From an uncultured Thermoleophilia bacterium (GTDB lineage Bacteria; Actinomycetota; Thermoleophilia; UBA2241): a DNA stretch of 64,000 nucleotides. Made by a program: the position numbers and the translations under genes. Positions 33,042-44,379 of this stretch are shown here, piece by piece. Every line of letters begins with the position of its first letter. Position 1 is the stretch's first letter. The stretch lies in the NCBI GenBank assembly GCA_963834905.1, contig CAWIDR010000023.1:15356-79355 (forward strand), read 5' to 3'. The notes under the pieces are model-generated. The model was not told where the DNA came from, did not search any database, and worked only from the letters and a program-made list of their open reading frames with translations.

Positions 33042-33835
33042 GCCGGCATCCTATACGAGCAGCCCGGCGACGATGACGGCCGCGGTGAGCGCCAGAAGCG
33101 ATGGCGTCCGCCGCACCCGCCTGGAGTGGATGCAGCCTCGTGCGCACGACGCCGGGGCGATAGCAGCGCGCCTCCATGGCCAGCGCCAGCTCGTCGGCGC
33201 GCCGGAAGCTGAGCACGAACAGCGGCGTGAGCACGGGGACCAGCGCCTTGGCGCGCTTGATGGGACCGCCGCTGCCGAAGTCGGCGCCGCGGGCGCGCTG
33301 CGCGCGCATGATCTGGTCCAGCTCCACGAGCAGCGTCGGGATGAAGCGCAGCGCGATCGTCACCATGAGGGCCAGCTCGTCGGTCGGGACGTGCAGACGG
33401 CGCAGCGGGCGGCCGAGCCACGCGAGGCCGTCGGTCAGCGCCAGCGGCGGGGTCGTCAGCGTGAGCACCGACCCGATGAGCACGAGCACCAGCAGCCGCA
33501 GGCTCAGGAACGCGGCGAACTCGAGCCCCGCCCACGAGAAGTGGAAGATCCAGAAGCTGAAGAAGGGCTCGCCCGGGGCGAACAGCACCTGCGCCAGGAA
33601 GGTGAGCCCGACCAGCCAGAGGAGCGGCCGGAAGGCGCGCCAGAACCAGGCGGCGGGCACGCCGCTGAGCACGTAGGCGACGACGCCGGCCGCCGCGAAC
33701 ACGGCCAGGCCGGCGAACGAGTCGCGCACGAACAGCGCGATCGCCAGCGCCGTGACGGCGACGAACTTGGCGCGCGCGTCCAGCCGGTGGACGACCGACT
33801 CGCCGGGATAGTACTGGGCGATCGCCGGCCTCATC
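33038..33835 (-). CDS. ecfT: ECF transporter transmembrane T component (EcfT), 3' end uncertain
   Basis: [24 protein letters not shown]...[21 protein letters not shown] is EcfT/CbiQ-like. Position between ecfA2 and truA is the conserved order. Confidence 0.75.
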   Translation of the reverse strand, partial: DEAGDRPVLSRRVGRPPAGRARQVRRRHGAGDRAVRARLVRRPGRVRGGRRRRLRAQRRARRLVLARLPAAPLAGRAHLPGAGAVRPGRALLQLLDLPLLVGGARVRRVPEPAAAGARAHRVGAHADDPAAGADRRPRVARPPAAPSARPDRRAGPHGDDRAALHPDAARGAGPDHARAARPRRRLRQRRSHQARQGAGPRAHAAVRAQLPARRRAGAGHGGALLSPRRRAHEAASTPGGCGGRHRFWRSPRPSSSPGCSYRMPA

Positions 33836-34664
33836 GCAGCGCCTCCGCGGCCGCCGCGGCCGTCCGCGGCGCGGCGGACGGATCGCGGCCGAGGCGGCGC
33901 CAGAGCTCGACCAGGAACGGCTCGCGCAGCCGGCTCGCCGCGAGCAGCTCGCGGCCGGACTCCCCGAAGTCCCACGGGCCGGCCGCGGCCACCCGGCCGG
34001 CGTCCAGCACCAGCAGCTGGTCGCAGAGCGCCCAGGCGAGGTCGACGTCGTGGGTGGCCAGCACCAGGGTGACGCCGTCCTCCCGGAGACGCGAGAGGAT
34101 CTTCGCCAGCTCGCGCCGCGTCGCCGGGTCGAGGCTCACGAACGGCTCGTCCAGAAGGAGCAGCCGCGGCCGCATGGCGAGCACGCCGGCGAGCGCCAGG
34201 CGCCGCTGCTCGCCGCCGGAGAGCGCATAGGGGTGCCGCTCCCCGAAGCGGTCCGGCGGCAGCCCCACGAGCTCCAGCGCCTCGTCGACGGCCGCGGCGA
34301 CGTCGGCCTCCGGCCACCCCAGGCGGCGCGGGCCGAAGGCCACGTCCTCCCGCGCCGACGCCGCGAACAGCTGCAGCTCGGGCGTCTGGAAGACCAGCCC
34401 GACCTGCCGCCGCAGCTCCGCGTAGCCGGCCGTCGCGGCCGGCGAGCCGTCCAGGAGCACGTCGCCGGCCTCCGGCGGGTCCAGCCCCTTGATCACCTGC
34501 AGCAGGGTCGACTTGCCGGAGCCGGACGCGCCCAGCAGCGCCAGCGACCTGCCGGCGCCCACCTCGAAGGTCACGTCCCGCAGCGCCGGGATCGGCGCGC
34601 GAGCCTCCTCGTAGCTGAAGTCGACACCCCGGCAGGCGAGCGCCATCCCCCGGGCGTCGCTCAT
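33831..34664 (-). CDS. ecfA2: ECF transporter ATPase component A2
   Basis: Walker A GASGSGKST, signature LSGGEQRRLALA, Walker B LLLLDEP. Confidence 0.9.
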   Translation of the reverse strand: MSDARGMALACRGVDFSYEEARAPIPALRDVTFEVGAGRSLALLGASGSGKSTLLQVIKGLDPPEAGDVLLDGSPAATAGYAELRRQVGLVFQTPELQLFAASAREDVAFGPRRLGWPEADVAAAVDEALELVGLPPDRFGERHPYALSGGEQRRLALAGVLAMRPRLLLLDEPFVSLDPATRRELAKILSRLREDGVTLVLATHDVDLAWALCDQLLVLDAGRVAAAGPWDFGESGRELLAASRLREPFLVELWRRLGRDPSAAPRTAAAAAEALR

Positions 34665-35563
34665 GTCGGCTCTCCCAGGGCGGCGAGAAGCTCCTCGAGC
34701 GTCAGCGGCAGCGGCGAGAGAGGACGACCGGCGGAGGCCAGTTCCAGGGCGAGCTCGCCGGCGACGGGCAGGCCCAGGCCGAGCCGCCGCAGCAGGTCTC
34801 CGTCTCCGAACAGGCCGTCCACGCTCCCCGCGTACACGACCGCACCCGCCTCAAGCGCGACCACGCGGTCCGCGCCCACCACCTCGTCCATCTCCTGCGT
34901 CACGTAGACCACGGCGAGGCCCTCCGCCCGGAGCCCGCGCACCGCCTCGAGCACCTCGCTGCGGCCGGCCGGGTCCAGCATGGCCGTGGGCTCGTCCAGC
35001 ACGAGGACACGGCGCGGCACCGCCAGCACGCCGGCCAGCGCCGTGCGCTGCTTCTGGCCGCCGGAGAGCAGGTGCGGCTCGCGCCTCCTCAGCTCCGTCA
35101 GCCAGAACCGCTCGAGCATCTCGTCGACCCTGGCGCCGATCGCCTCCGGAGCCCACGCCAGGTTCTCGAGCCCGAACGCCACGTCGTCCTCCACGCACTC
35201 CGCGACGAGCTGGTTCTCGGGGTTCTGGAAGAGCACGCCCACGTCGCGCCGCGCCGCCATGCGGCCGTCCTCGGTGAGGAGGTCGTGACCACAGGCGAGC
35301 GCCAGGGAGGCCCCGGCCGGCCGCTCCAGGCCGCCGAGCAGGCGCGCCAGCGTGGACTTGCCCGAGCCGTTGGCGCCGACCACCGCGACGAACTCCCCCG
35401 CGGACACGGCGAGGTCGAGCCCGGCGAGCGCTTCGACCTGGGCGCCGGGATAGCGGTAGCTCAGACCGCGGACGTCGAGCAGAGGAGCGCGCGGCTCGGG
35501 CGCCTGCGGGCCGTCCACGGACGCGGCGCCGGGATCAGAGGGTCCTGCGGAGGGAGACGTCAT
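34661..35563 (-). CDS. ecfA1: ECF transporter ATPase component A1
   Basis: GANGSGKST, LSGGQKQRTALA, VLVLDEP. Confidence 0.9.
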   Translation of the reverse strand: MTSPSAGPSDPGAASVDGPQAPEPRAPLLDVRGLSYRYPGAQVEALAGLDLAVSAGEFVAVVGANGSGKSTLARLLGGLERPAGASLALACGHDLLTEDGRMAARRDVGVLFQNPENQLVAECVEDDVAFGLENLAWAPEAIGARVDEMLERFWLTELRRREPHLLSGGQKQRTALAGVLAVPRRVLVLDEPTAMLDPAGRSEVLEAVRGLRAEGLAVVYVTQEMDEVVGADRVVALEAGAVVYAGSVDGLFGDGDLLRRLGLGLPVAGELALELASAGRPLSPLPLTLEELLAALGEPT

Positions 35564-35671
35564 GACCGCCGAAGCTTACCGCATCGCCGGGTCGCGCCGG
35601 GCTGAGGCTGCCGCAGCCGTGGCCGGAGCTCTCCGCCCCGACCCGCGGCGGCGGCGCGAGGCCCGGACGAG

Positions 35672-35715
35672 CGCCGAAACGACGAAGGGCGGGAGGCCCT
35701 TCGGCCGCCCGCCCC
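35672..35715 (-). terminator. Rho-independent-type terminator downstream of rplQ
   Basis: RNA-sense hairpin GGGGCGGGCGGCC-GAAG-GGCCUCCCGCCC followed by UUCGUCGUUUC. Confidence 0.5.
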
Positions 35716-35740
35716 CCGTACCATCTTGTGCCGCCGGCCG

Positions 35741-36091
35741 TCAGACCAGCTCGATGAACGCCTGCTCGCTGCCGTCGCCGGGACGCGGCCCGAGCTTGAT
35801 GATGCGCGTGTAGCCGCCGTTGCGGTCGGCGTAGCGCGGCGCCACATCGTTGAACAGCTTGTAGACGATCTTCTTGTTGCGCAGCATGGCGATCGCCTGC
35901 CGGCGCGCGTGGATGTCTCCGCGCTTGCCGAGCGTGATGGCTTCTTCGACCATCGGACGCACCTCTTTGGCGCGCATCACTCCGGTCTTGATCTTCTCGT
36001 GCTCGAGCAGCTGGCACGCCAGACCCGACAGCAGCGAACGCCGCTGGCTCGGGGACATGTTGAACTTGCGGCCTGAGTTCTGATGGCGCAT
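35741..36091 (-). CDS. rplQ: 50S ribosomal protein L17
   Basis: MRHQNSGRKFNMSPSQRRSLL...ITLGKRGDIHARRQAI...YTRI. Confidence 0.9.
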   Translation of the reverse strand: MRHQNSGRKFNMSPSQRRSLLSGLACQLLEHEKIKTGVMRAKEVRPMVEEAITLGKRGDIHARRQAIAMLRNKKIVYKLFNDVAPRYADRNGGYTRIIKLGPRPGDGSEQAFIELV

Positions 36092-36092
36092 G

Positions 36093-37045
36093 TCAGTCGT
36101 CACCCCGAAGAGAGAGCCCGCGCTCGGTGAGCTTGTCCTGGACCTCGTCGATGCTCTTCTTGCCGAAGTTCGGGATGTTGAGCAGCTCGGCCTCTGTCTT
36201 GGAGACCAGGTCGCCGACGGTCTGGATACCTTCGCGCTTGAGGCAGTTGTACGAACGGACGCCGAGCTCGAGCTCCTCGATGAGCACGTCGTCCATGCCG
36301 CCGCCGGCCGGCGCCGCGGTGAGACCCTCGATGGGGAACTCCTCGTTGCTGCGCGTGCGGTCGGGGTCGGTGAAGATCGACATCCGGTCGACGAGCAGCT
36401 CGGCGGCCTCGCGGAGCGCCTCCTCAGGCATGAGGGCGCCGTTCGTCGTGATGTCGATGATGAGCTTGTCGTAGTCGGTGCGCTGGCCCACGCGGGCGCT
36501 CTCTACGTGATACGAGACGCGCTTGATGGGGCTGAAGATCGAGTCGATCGGGATGACGCCGATGACCGTCTCGGGCGTCTTGTTGCCCTCGGCGGCGACG
36601 TAGCCCGTGCCGCGACGGATGGTGAGCATCATCTCGATGGCGCCGCCGTCCGACAGCGTGGCGATGTGGTGATCCGGGTTGAGGATCTCCAGCTCGGCCG
36701 GGATGTCGATGTCGGCCGCCACGACCTTGCCGGGCTTGTCCTTGTACAGACGGACCTGGACCTCGTCGAGCTCACCGTGAAGCCGGCAGACCAGCTCCTT
36801 GAGGTTGAGGATGATGTCGGTGACGTCTTCCTTCACGCCCTTGATGGTCGTGAACTCGTGCGCCACACCCTCGATCTTGACCGAGCTGACAGCCGCGCCC
36901 TCGAGCGACGAGAGCAGGACCCGGCGCAGGGCGTTGCCGAACGTATGCCCGAAGCCGCGGTCTAGCGGTTCGACCTCGAAGCGCGCCCGGTTGCCCGCGA
37001 GCTGCTCGCGCGTGATGTTGGGCATCTGAAACTGTAGCAACTGGC
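36093..37045 (-). CDS. rpoA: DNA-directed RNA polymerase alpha subunit (start codon uncertain, probably TTG)
   Basis: [39 protein letters not shown]. The C-terminal domain has [22 protein letters not shown]. Confidence 0.85.
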
Positions 37046-37086
37046 CTCCTGTAGAGTCTTCGCCGCGGATACGTTGCTGCAGCGGA

Positions 37087-37707
37087 TTACTTGGAGTACA
37101 GCTCGACGATGAGCTGCTCCTGCACCGGGGCGTCGATCTCGTCACGCTCGGGAGCGCGCAGGACCTTGCCGGTGAGATTATCGTGGTCGACCAGAAGCCA
37201 GGGCGACACCGACGACGTGAGGTCAGTCGCTGCGCGCACCGTCTCGGCGGCCTTGCTGTTGGCGCGGATCGCCACGACGTCGTCCGGGCGGACCTGGTAC
37301 GACGGGATGTCGACCTTCTTGCCGTTCACGGTGAAGTGAGCGTGCCGCACGAGCTGACGGGCCTGACGGCGCGAGGCGCCGAAGCCGAGGCGGTACACGA
37401 CGTTGTCGAGGCGCATCTCGAGCAGCTTGAGCAGGTTCTCACCGGTGATGCCGTCCTTGCGGCTGGCCGTCACGTAGTAGTGGTGGAACTGCTTCTCGAG
37501 GACCTGGTAGTAGCGGCGCGCCTTCTGCTTCTCGCGCAACTGGAGCAGGTACTCGCTCTGCTTGATGCGGCCGCGGCCGTGTTCGCCCGGCGGATAGCTG
37601 CGCCGCTCGACGGCGCACTTGTCTGTGAGACAGCGCTCGCCCTTGAGAAAGAGCTTCTCCGTCTCACGGCGGCACTGCTTGCACTGCGGTGATGTATCTT
37701 TCGCCAC
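37087..37707 (-). CDS. rpsD: 30S ribosomal protein S4 (zinc-ribbon form)
   Basis: [23 protein letters not shown] and the S4 domain [23 protein letters not shown]. Confidence 0.9.
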   Translation of the reverse strand: MAKDTSPQCKQCRRETEKLFLKGERCLTDKCAVERRSYPPGEHGRGRIKQSEYLLQLREKQKARRYYQVLEKQFHHYYVTASRKDGITGENLLKLLEMRLDNVVYRLGFGASRRQARQLVRHAHFTVNGKKVDIPSYQVRPDDVVAIRANSKAAETVRAATDLTSSVSPWLLVDHDNLTGKVLRAPERDEIDAPVQEQLIVELYSK

Positions 37708-37717
37708 GTGGACCTTC

Positions 37718-38116
37718 CTAGACCCGGCGACGCTTGCGCGGGCGGCAGCCGTTGTGCGGCACCGGCGTCACGTCTTTGACACTGATGATCTCGAGGCCGG
37801 CGGCCTGGAGCGAACGCACGGCGGTCTCTCGACCAGATCCCGGTCCACGCACGAAGACCTCGACCTTCTGAAGGCCGTGCTCCATGCCCTTCTTGGCACA
37901 GGATTCTGCCGTCACCTGAGCCGCGAACGGGGTGCTCTTGCGGGAGCCCTTGAACCCGACCGACCCGGCGCTCTCCCACGCTATGACATTGCCCTCTTTG
38001 TCGGTGAGCGTCACCTGCGTGTTGTTGAACGATGTCTTGATGTGCGCCTGGCCGACGGCGATGTTCTTACGGACCTTGCGGCGCTGACGACCTTTGGCTC
38101 TCTGAGGCTTAGCCAC
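37718..38116 (-). CDS. rpsK: 30S ribosomal protein S11
   Basis: [18 protein letters not shown]...[17 protein letters not shown]. Confidence 0.9.
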   Translation of the reverse strand: MAKPQRAKGRQRRKVRKNIAVGQAHIKTSFNNTQVTLTDKEGNVIAWESAGSVGFKGSRKSTPFAAQVTAESCAKKGMEHGLQKVEVFVRGPGSGRETAVRSLQAAGLEIISVKDVTPVPHNGCRPRKRRRV

Positions 38117-38145
38117 TCTGCTTTACTCCTCCGCTATCCTGCGGG

Positions 38146-38517
38146 TCACTTCTTGCGCTTGCCGCTGATCGTCCGCTTCGGACCCTTGCGGGAGCGCGCG
38201 TTGGTACGTGTGCGCTGCCCGTTCACCGGCATGCCACGACGGTGGCGGATGCCACGGTAGCAGCCGATGTCCATGAGGCGCTTGATGTTCTGCGAGCGCT
38301 CACGGCGCAGATCGCCCTCGACGGTGACTTCACGGTCGATGGCGTCGCGCAGCTTGATGATCTCTTCTTCCGTCAGGTCGCGGACCTTGGTGTTCGGGTC
38401 GATGCCCACGATCGTGAGAACCTTGTTGGAGGTCGAGCGGCCGACGCCGTAGATGTACGTGAGACCGATCTCGACCCGCTTCTGCGGCGGGATGTTGACG
38501 CCTGCGATACGTGCCAT
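38146..38517 (-). CDS. rpsM: 30S ribosomal protein S13
   Basis: [30 protein letters not shown]. Confidence 0.9.
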   Translation of the reverse strand: MARIAGVNIPPQKRVEIGLTYIYGVGRSTSNKVLTIVGIDPNTKVRDLTEEEIIKLRDAIDREVTVEGDLRRERSQNIKRLMDIGCYRGIRHRRGMPVNGQRTRTNARSRKGPKRTISGKRKK

Positions 38518-38523
38518 GCGGAC

Positions 38524-38637
38524 TTACCCCTGCCTCTGACGATGACGCGGGTTCGAGCAGATCACCTGCACGGTACCGTGCCTGCGGATGATCTTGCACT
38601 TCTCGCACATCTGCTTGACTGATGCTCTTACCTTCAT
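38524..38637 (-). CDS. rpmJ: 50S ribosomal protein L36 (37 aa, below ORF-track cutoff)
   Basis: Manual translation gives [37 protein letters not shown]. Its stop is 6 nt before the rpsM start. Confidence 0.85.
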   Translation of the reverse strand: MKVRASVKQMCEKCKIIRRHGTVQVICSNPRHRQRQG

Positions 38638-38710
38638 CGGTGATCCTCGCTGGGAGCGCGGCTAGCCTGCGACGGCCGCGCGCCACCTCCGGGCGACCCC
38701 AGGCGGGCCG

Positions 38711-38932
38711 CTACTTGAACCGGTACGTGATCCTGCCTCTGCTGAGGTCGTAGGGCGACAGTTCTACTTTGACTCTGTCGCCGGGCAGGATGCGGATGTA
38801 GTTCATACGCATCTTGCCCGAGATGTGGGCGAGCACTTCATGGTTGTTGTCGAGATGCACGCGGAACATGGTGTTCGGCAGCGCTTCGACAACCTCGCCC
38901 TCGATCTCGATGGCTTCTTCTTTGTTCGCCAT
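38711..38932 (-). CDS. infA: Translation initiation factor IF-1
   Basis: [73 protein letters not shown]. Confidence 0.9.
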   Translation of the reverse strand: MANKEEAIEIEGEVVEALPNTMFRVHLDNNHEVLAHISGKMRMNYIRILPGDRVKVELSPYDLSRGRITYRFK

Positions 38933-38964
38933 ACTCCCTACTCGTCGACAGACAGCGGCCTGAC

Positions 38965-38992
38965 ATACTACCACAAACGGCGAGGCTCACAA
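38965..38992 (-). promoter_or_regulatory. Sigma70-like promoter candidate for infA (TTGTGA-N16-TAGTAT)
   Basis: On the minus-strand sense the sequence reads [36 protein letters not shown] is about 30 nt downstream before the infA ATG. Confidence 0.35.
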
Positions 38993-39051
38993 ACCGTGCC
39001 GTTCGTGGCGGCGCGGCGGCCGAGGCCCGCGCCTGGACTTGCCTGCTGTAG

Positions 39052-39825
39052 CTACGCTCCCGCGCCGCTCCTCTCCGAGCGGCGGCGCGTGAGCACCCGC
39101 GGCCCCTTCTTGCCCACCGCGACGGTGTGCTCGAAGTGCGCCGATAGTGACCCGTCGGCCGTGTGGATCGCCCACCCGTCGTCTGCGACGACGACGTCGT
39201 AGGCGCCGGCGTCCACCATCGGCTCGATGGCGAACACCATTCCTTCTTCCAGCCGCGGACCGCGGCCGGGGTCACCATAGTTCGGGATCTGCGGGTCTTC
39301 GTGCATCTCCTTGCCGACGCCGTGCCCGACGAGCGAGCGCACGACGCTGAAGCCCGCCGCCTCGACGACCTCCTGCACGGCGTGCGAGATGTCGCCCAGG
39401 CGCCGGCCCTCCCGGCACTCGGCGAGGCCGGCCTCGAGCGACTCGGCGGTCACGTCGAGCAGTCGCTGCGCCTCGGGCTCGACGGCGCCCATGGGCAGCG
39501 TCACGGCCGAGTCGGCGACGTAGCCTTCGTGCGTCACGCCCACGTCGAGGCTGAGCAGGTCACCCTCGGCCACCCGGTACTTGCCCGGGATGCCGTGGAC
39601 CACCATGTCGTTGGGCGAGGCGCAGATCGACGCCGGGAACCCGCGGTAGCCGAGGAACGTCGGCACGCCGCGGTGCTGGCGGATGAACTTCTCTGCCAGA
39701 CGGTCGAGCTCGGCGGTGGTGACGCCGGGCGCCGCCGCCTCAGTGAGCGCGTCGATGCAGTCCGCGAGGATCGCGCCCGCGGCTGCGATCTTGGCGATCT
39801 CTCCTGCCGACTTGCGAACGATCAT
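39052..39825 (-). CDS. map: Methionine aminopeptidase type I
   Basis: Metal ligand motifs: FIRQHRGVPTFLGYRGFP, DLLSLDVGV, VGHGVGKEMHEDP, FAIEPMV. Confidence 0.9.
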   Translation of the reverse strand: MIVRKSAGEIAKIAAAGAILADCIDALTEAAAPGVTTAELDRLAEKFIRQHRGVPTFLGYRGFPASICASPNDMVVHGIPGKYRVAEGDLLSLDVGVTHEGYVADSAVTLPMGAVEPEAQRLLDVTAESLEAGLAECREGRRLGDISHAVQEVVEAAGFSVVRSLVGHGVGKEMHEDPQIPNYGDPGRGPRLEEGMVFAIEPMVDAGAYDVVVADDGWAIHTADGSLSAHFEHTVAVGKKGPRVLTRRRSERSGAGA

Positions 39826-39831
39826 GCGGCG

Positions 39832-40494
39832 TCAGTCCGCAAGGATGTCGTGGACCTGCTCGTACACTTCGTCCGGCCGCTTGCCGCCGCCGAACGCGCT
39901 CTCGAGCACGCCCTTGTTCTCGTAGTAGCCGACGAGAGGCGCGGTCTGCTGCTCGTACACGGCGATGCGGTTGCGCACCGTCTCCTCGTTGTCGTCGGCG
40001 CGCTGGCTGAGCGCCGCGCCATCGAGGTCACAGACGCCCTCGGCCTTCGGCGGATCGAAGGTCACGTTGTAGATCTTGCCGCACTGCGAGCACGAGCGAC
40101 GGCCGGCGATGCGCTGCACGAGTTCCTCCGCGGGCACGTCGATGAGCACCACGTGCGTGATCGCCCTGCCCGCCTCGCCCAGCATGGCGTCGAGCGCCTC
40201 GGCCTGAGGGACGGTGCGCGGGAAGCCGTCGAGCAGGAAGCCGTCGCCGGCATCCGGCTCGGAGAGGCGCTCGCGCACGACCCCGATGACCACCTCGTCG
40301 GGGACGAGGGAGCCGCTCTCCATGTACTTCTGCGCCTCGCGGCCCATCTCGGTGCCCTTGGCGACGGCCGCGCGCAGCATCTCACCGGTCGAGATGTGCG
40401 GCAGCGCGTAGTCCGCCACGATGCGTGCGGCCTGCGTGCCTTTGCCCGCACCAGGGCCTCCGAGGAGGATCACGTTGCGCTGCGCCATTGCCAT
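39832..40494 (-). CDS. adk: Adenylate kinase
   Basis: P-loop ILLGGPGAGKGTQA. Lid region: RRSCSQCGKIYN...CDLDG. Confidence 0.9.
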   Translation of the reverse strand: MAMAQRNVILLGGPGAGKGTQAARIVADYALPHISTGEMLRAAVAKGTEMGREAQKYMESGSLVPDEVVIGVVRERLSEPDAGDGFLLDGFPRTVPQAEALDAMLGEAGRAITHVVLIDVPAEELVQRIAGRRSCSQCGKIYNVTFDPPKAEGVCDLDGAALSQRADDNEETVRNRIAVYEQQTAPLVGYYENKGVLESAFGGGKRPDEVYEQVHDILAD

Positions 40495-40497
40495 CTC

Positions 40498-41764
40498 CTA
40501 CTTGAGGAAGCCCTCGTAGTGCCGCATGAGGAGCTGCGCCTCCATCTGCCGCATCGTGTCGAGCGCGACGCCCACGACGATGAGGAGCGACGTGCCGCCG
40601 AAGTAGAACGGGACGTTGATCGGCGGCCGCGACAGCAGCCACGGCAGCACCGCGAGCGCCGCCAGGAACAGCGCGCCCGGGAACGTCAGCCGGGTCAGGA
40701 TGCGGTCAAGGTACTCGGCCGTCGGCCGGCCGGGACGCACGCCGGGGATGAACCCGCCGTACTTCTTGAGGTTGTCGGCCTGGTCGATGGGGTTGAACGT
40801 CACCGCCGTGTAGAAGTACGTGAAGATGACGATGAGGATGGCCTCGCCGATGATGTAGAGGAACGTGCTCGGCCCGAACGTCCGGTTGAACCATCCCCCG
40901 ACCCCGCTCGTGCCCAGGAACTGCGCGAACGTCGGGATGATCATCATCACCGACGAGGCGAAGATCACCGGGATCACGCCTGCCATGTTGACCTTGAGCG
41001 GGATGAACGTGCTCTGGCCGCCCATCATCCGGCGTCCGACCACTCGCTTGGCGTACTGCACCGGCACACGGCGCTCGCCCGTGGTGATCCAGATCACGCC
41101 CACGACCACGGCCAGACCGATGACCATGAACAGGATGATCGGCAGCAGGTTCATGGTGAACAGCTGCGCGGCGCCCGACGGGATACGAGAGACGATGCTG
41201 ATGAAGATGATGATCGACATGCCGTTGCCGATGCCACGGGCGGTGATGAGCTCGCCGAGCCACATGACGATCACGGCGCCGGCGACGAGGCTGGTCACGA
41301 TCAGGCCGGCGCGCCACCACGTGAGGTCAGGCAGCGCGTCGTACTGGCGGAACAGCACGATGTAGCCCGGCCGACTGCACGATCGAGAGGCCGACGGTGA
41401 GCCAGCGCGTGTACTTGGTGATCTGCTTCTGCCCCTGCTCGCCCTCTTTGGCCAGCTCCTCGAGCTTGGGGATGACCACGGTGAGGAGCTGCATGATGAT
41501 CGACGCCGTGATGTACGGCATGATGCCGAGCGCGAACACGGCGACGCGCCGGAGCGCGCCACCGGAGAACAGGTCGAGGAAGCCGACGACGCCGGCGCTG
41601 CCCGATTCGAAGAACTTCTGCAGCGCCGCCAGGTCGATGCCCGGCACGGGCACGTAGGACCCGAACCGGTAGATCGCGATCATCCCCGCCGTGAACAGAA
41701 GCTTGGTGCGGAGATCCGGGATCTTCCATGCGTTGGCGAGCGACTGCCAGAGCTTGTTGTTCAC
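40498..41764 (-). CDS. secY: Preprotein translocase SecY, 1 frameshift near 41330-41400, GTG start
   Basis: N-terminus: LWQSLANAWKIPDLRTKLLFTAGMIAIYRFGSYVPVPGID. C-terminal frame: GIGNGMSIIIF...YGGQSTFIPLKVN. Confidence 0.85.
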
Positions 41765-41783
41765 AGCAACCCCCGGGAGCTGG

Positions 41784-42263
41784 TCAGAGGAGCTCGGCCT
41801 TGCCGCCGGCCGCCTCGATCTTCTCGACGGCACTGCGGGAGTACATGTGCACGCGCACGGTCAGCGCGACCGTGAGCTCGCCGCCGCCCAGGACCTTGAT
41901 CGGCGTGCGGGTGTTCTTGACGATGCCCTTGGCGACGAGCGCCTCCGGGGTCACTTCTTCACCGGCCGCGAACGCGTTGGCGAGGCGGCCGACGTTGACC
42001 GGCACCTGGTAGGTGCGGAACGGCCCGATGGGCATGCTCTTCTTCATGTGCGGGCCGCGCAGCTTGCCCAGGCGCATGTAGAGCGGCATCTGGCCGCCCT
42101 CATAGCCCGGACGCACGCCGCCGCCGGAGCGGGAGTTGTAGCCCTTGTGGCCCTTGCCGGCCGTCTTGCCCTGGCCGGAGCCCTTGCCGCGGCCGAGGCG
42201 CTTGGTGGCCTTGGTCGAGCCCGGGTTGGGGCGCAGGTTGTGGAGTCCCAGTTCCTCAGTCAT
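41784..42263 (-). CDS. rplO: 50S ribosomal protein L15
   Basis: LHNLRPNPGSTKATKRLGRGKGSGQGKTAGKGHKG. Confidence 0.9.
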   Translation of the reverse strand: MTEELGLHNLRPNPGSTKATKRLGRGKGSGQGKTAGKGHKGYNSRSGGGVRPGYEGGQMPLYMRLGKLRGPHMKKSMPIGPFRTYQVPVNVGRLANAFAAGEEVTPEALVAKGIVKNTRTPIKVLGGGELTVALTVRVHMYSRSAVEKIEAAGGKAELL

Positions 42264-42264
42264 G

Positions 42265-42459
42265 TCACGACTTCTTCGCTGCAGGGCGGACCTCGACGAG
42301 GAACGCCACGTGGTTGACCATGCCGCGGATCACGGGGGTGTCCTCGTGCACCACGGTGTGACGGATGCGCTTGAGACCGAGCGCCCGGAGCGTGCCGCGA
42401 TGCTCGGGCAGGCGACCGATGGAGCTCTTGAGCTGCGTGATCTCGATGTAGTCGGCCAT
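42265..42459 (-). CDS. rpmD: 50S ribosomal protein L30
   Basis: [30 protein letters not shown]. Confidence 0.9.
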   Translation of the reverse strand: MADYIEITQLKSSIGRLPEHRGTLRALGLKRIRHTVVHEDTPVIRGMVNHVAFLVEVRPAAKKS

Positions 42460-42464
42460 CTGCC

Positions 42465-43022
42465 TCAGGCCTCCTTGGCGTCCGCAGCCTCGGCGGCCTC
42501 AGGCTTGCGCTGGTCGAGGCCGAGCACCTGGGCGACGGAGATGCCGCGCAGACGCGCCTGGCCCTCCGGCGTCTTGAGAGACTGCAGGCCCTGGACGGTG
42601 GCGCGCACCAGGTTGATCGGGTTGGTCGTGCCCAGCGACTTCGTGAGGATGTCGCGGACGCCGGCCAGTTCGAGCACGGCGCGGACGCCGCCGGCGGCGA
42701 TGACGCCGGTACCGGGTGCGGCCGGCTTGAGCAGCACGCGAGCGGCGCCGAAGCGGCCGATCACCTGATGCGTGGTGGTCGTGCCGTTGTAGCGCGGCAC
42801 GGTGAACAGGTTCTTCTTCGCGTCCTCGATCGCCTTCTGGATCGCCAGCGGCACCTCGCGCGCCTTGCCGTAGCCGGCGCCCACATGCCCGTTTTCGTCA
42901 CCGACGACGACCAGGGCCGTGAAGGAGAACCGCCGGCCGCCCTTGACGACCTTGGCGACGCGGTTGATATCGACGACGCGCTCTTTGAGCTCGTTGCCTT
43001 CGCTGAATGATCCTCTAGCCAC
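42465..43022 (-). CDS. rpsE: 30S ribosomal protein S5
   Basis: [37 protein letters not shown]. Confidence 0.9.
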   Translation of the reverse strand: MARGSFSEGNELKERVVDINRVAKVVKGGRRFSFTALVVVGDENGHVGAGYGKAREVPLAIQKAIEDAKKNLFTVPRYNGTTTTHQVIGRFGAARVLLKPAAPGTGVIAAGGVRAVLELAGVRDILTKSLGTTNPINLVRATVQGLQSLKTPEGQARLRGISVAQVLGLDQRKPEAAEAADAKEA

Positions 43023-43040
43023 GGGGTCCTATTCTCCTTG

Positions 43041-43394
43041 TCAGAAAACCAGGCCGCCCTCGCGGGCGCCCTCGGCGAGAGCCTTGACTCGGCCGTGATA
43101 CAGATAGCCCGAGCGGTCGAACACGACCCGCTCGATGCCCTTGTCCTTGGCGCGCTGCGCAAGCAGCTCGCCGACCTTCTTCGCGACGTCGGCCTTCTTG
43201 AGGCCCGACGTGTCGATCTCGGCCGAGCGCGCGGCGACGATCGTCGCCGCGGCGGCGTCGTCGACGAGCTGGGCGTAGATGGCCTTGTTGGAGCGGAACA
43301 CCGAAACGCGCGGGCGCTCGGTAGTGCCGCTGATGCGGCCGCGGATGCGACGCTTGCGCCGGGCCCGGGCCTCCCTGATGGTGGTTGCGCTCAT
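43041..43394 (-). CDS. rplR: 50S ribosomal protein L18
   Basis: [20 protein letters not shown]...[25 protein letters not shown]. Confidence 0.9.
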   Translation of the reverse strand: MSATTIREARARRKRRIRGRISGTTERPRVSVFRSNKAIYAQLVDDAAAATIVAARSAEIDTSGLKKADVAKKVGELLAQRAKDKGIERVVFDRSGYLYHGRVKALAEGAREGGLVF

Positions 43395-43425
43395 CTTCTG
43401 GTCGTTCCTCTTCTCTCAGGCAGCG

Positions 43426-43959
43426 CTAGGCGCGCTTGCCGACCTTGCGCTGGACGTACTCGCCCGCGTAGCGGATGCCCTTGCCCTTGTAGGGCTCGGG
43501 CGGCCGGATGGACCGCACCTTGGCGGCCACTTCGCCGACGGCCTGCTTGTCGATACCCCTCACGATGACCACGGTCTGCTGTGGCGTCTCGAAGGTGATG
43601 TGCTCCGGCGGCTCGATGAGCACCGGGTGACTGTACCCGACCAGCAGCTCGAGCGCGTCGCCCTTGACGCTGGCGCGGTAGCCGACGCCCACGATCTCGA
43701 GACGCTTCTCGAAGCCGTCGGTCACACCGACCACCATGTTGGCGATGAGCGTCCGGGTGAGGCCGTGGAGCGAGCGATGCTGCCCGCTGTCCGTAGGCCG
43801 CTTGACCTGGATGACGCCGTCACCGACTTCCACCATCATCTCGCGAGGTACCCGCTGGGTGAGTTCACCCTTGGGGCCCTTCACGGTCACGACGGCGTTG
43901 TCGTACTTGAATTCCACGCTGTCGGGCAGCGGGATTGGGGCTTTTCCGATCCTCGACAT
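43426..43959 (-). CDS. rplF: 50S ribosomal protein L6
   Basis: MSRIGKAPIPLPDSVEF...VKGPKGEL. Confidence 0.9.
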   Translation of the reverse strand: MSRIGKAPIPLPDSVEFKYDNAVVTVKGPKGELTQRVPREMMVEVGDGVIQVKRPTDSGQHRSLHGLTRTLIANMVVGVTDGFEKRLEIVGVGYRASVKGDALELLVGYSHPVLIEPPEHITFETPQQTVVIVRGIDKQAVGEVAAKVRSIRPPEPYKGKGIRYAGEYVQRKVGKRA

Positions 43960-43968
43960 GTCCCGTCC

Positions 43969-44367
43969 TTACCAGATGAAGCAGATGACCTCGCCGCCGA
44001 GGCCGAGTTTCTGCGCTTCAGCGCTGGTCACGAGGCCTCGCGACGTGGAGATGATGGCCGTGCCGAGCCCGCCGAGCACCTTGGGCAGCGTCTCTTTCTT
44101 GGCGTATACGCGACGCCCAGGCTTGGAGACACGCTTGATGCCGGAGATGACGCGCTCGCGGTTCTTGGCGTACTTGAGCTCGACGATGATGACCTCGCCT
44201 TGCTCACCCTGCTTCTTGTCGTAGCCGGCGATGTAGCCCTGCTCGGTCATGAGGCGGGCGATCTCGGCCTTCATCTTGGAGGCCGGGATCTCGACGGTGC
44301 TGTGCCGAGCCGTGCTGCCGTTGCGGATGCGCGTGAGCATATCGGCGATGGGGTCAGTCATTGACAT
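43969..44367 (-). CDS. rpsH: 30S ribosomal protein S8
   Basis: [29 protein letters not shown]. Confidence 0.9.
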   Translation of the reverse strand: MSMTDPIADMLTRIRNGSTARHSTVEIPASKMKAEIARLMTEQGYIAGYDKKQGEQGEVIIVELKYAKNRERVISGIKRVSKPGRRVYAKKETLPKVLGGLGTAIISTSRGLVTSAEAQKLGLGGEVICFIW

Positions 44368-44379
44368 GGTGTCGCCTCC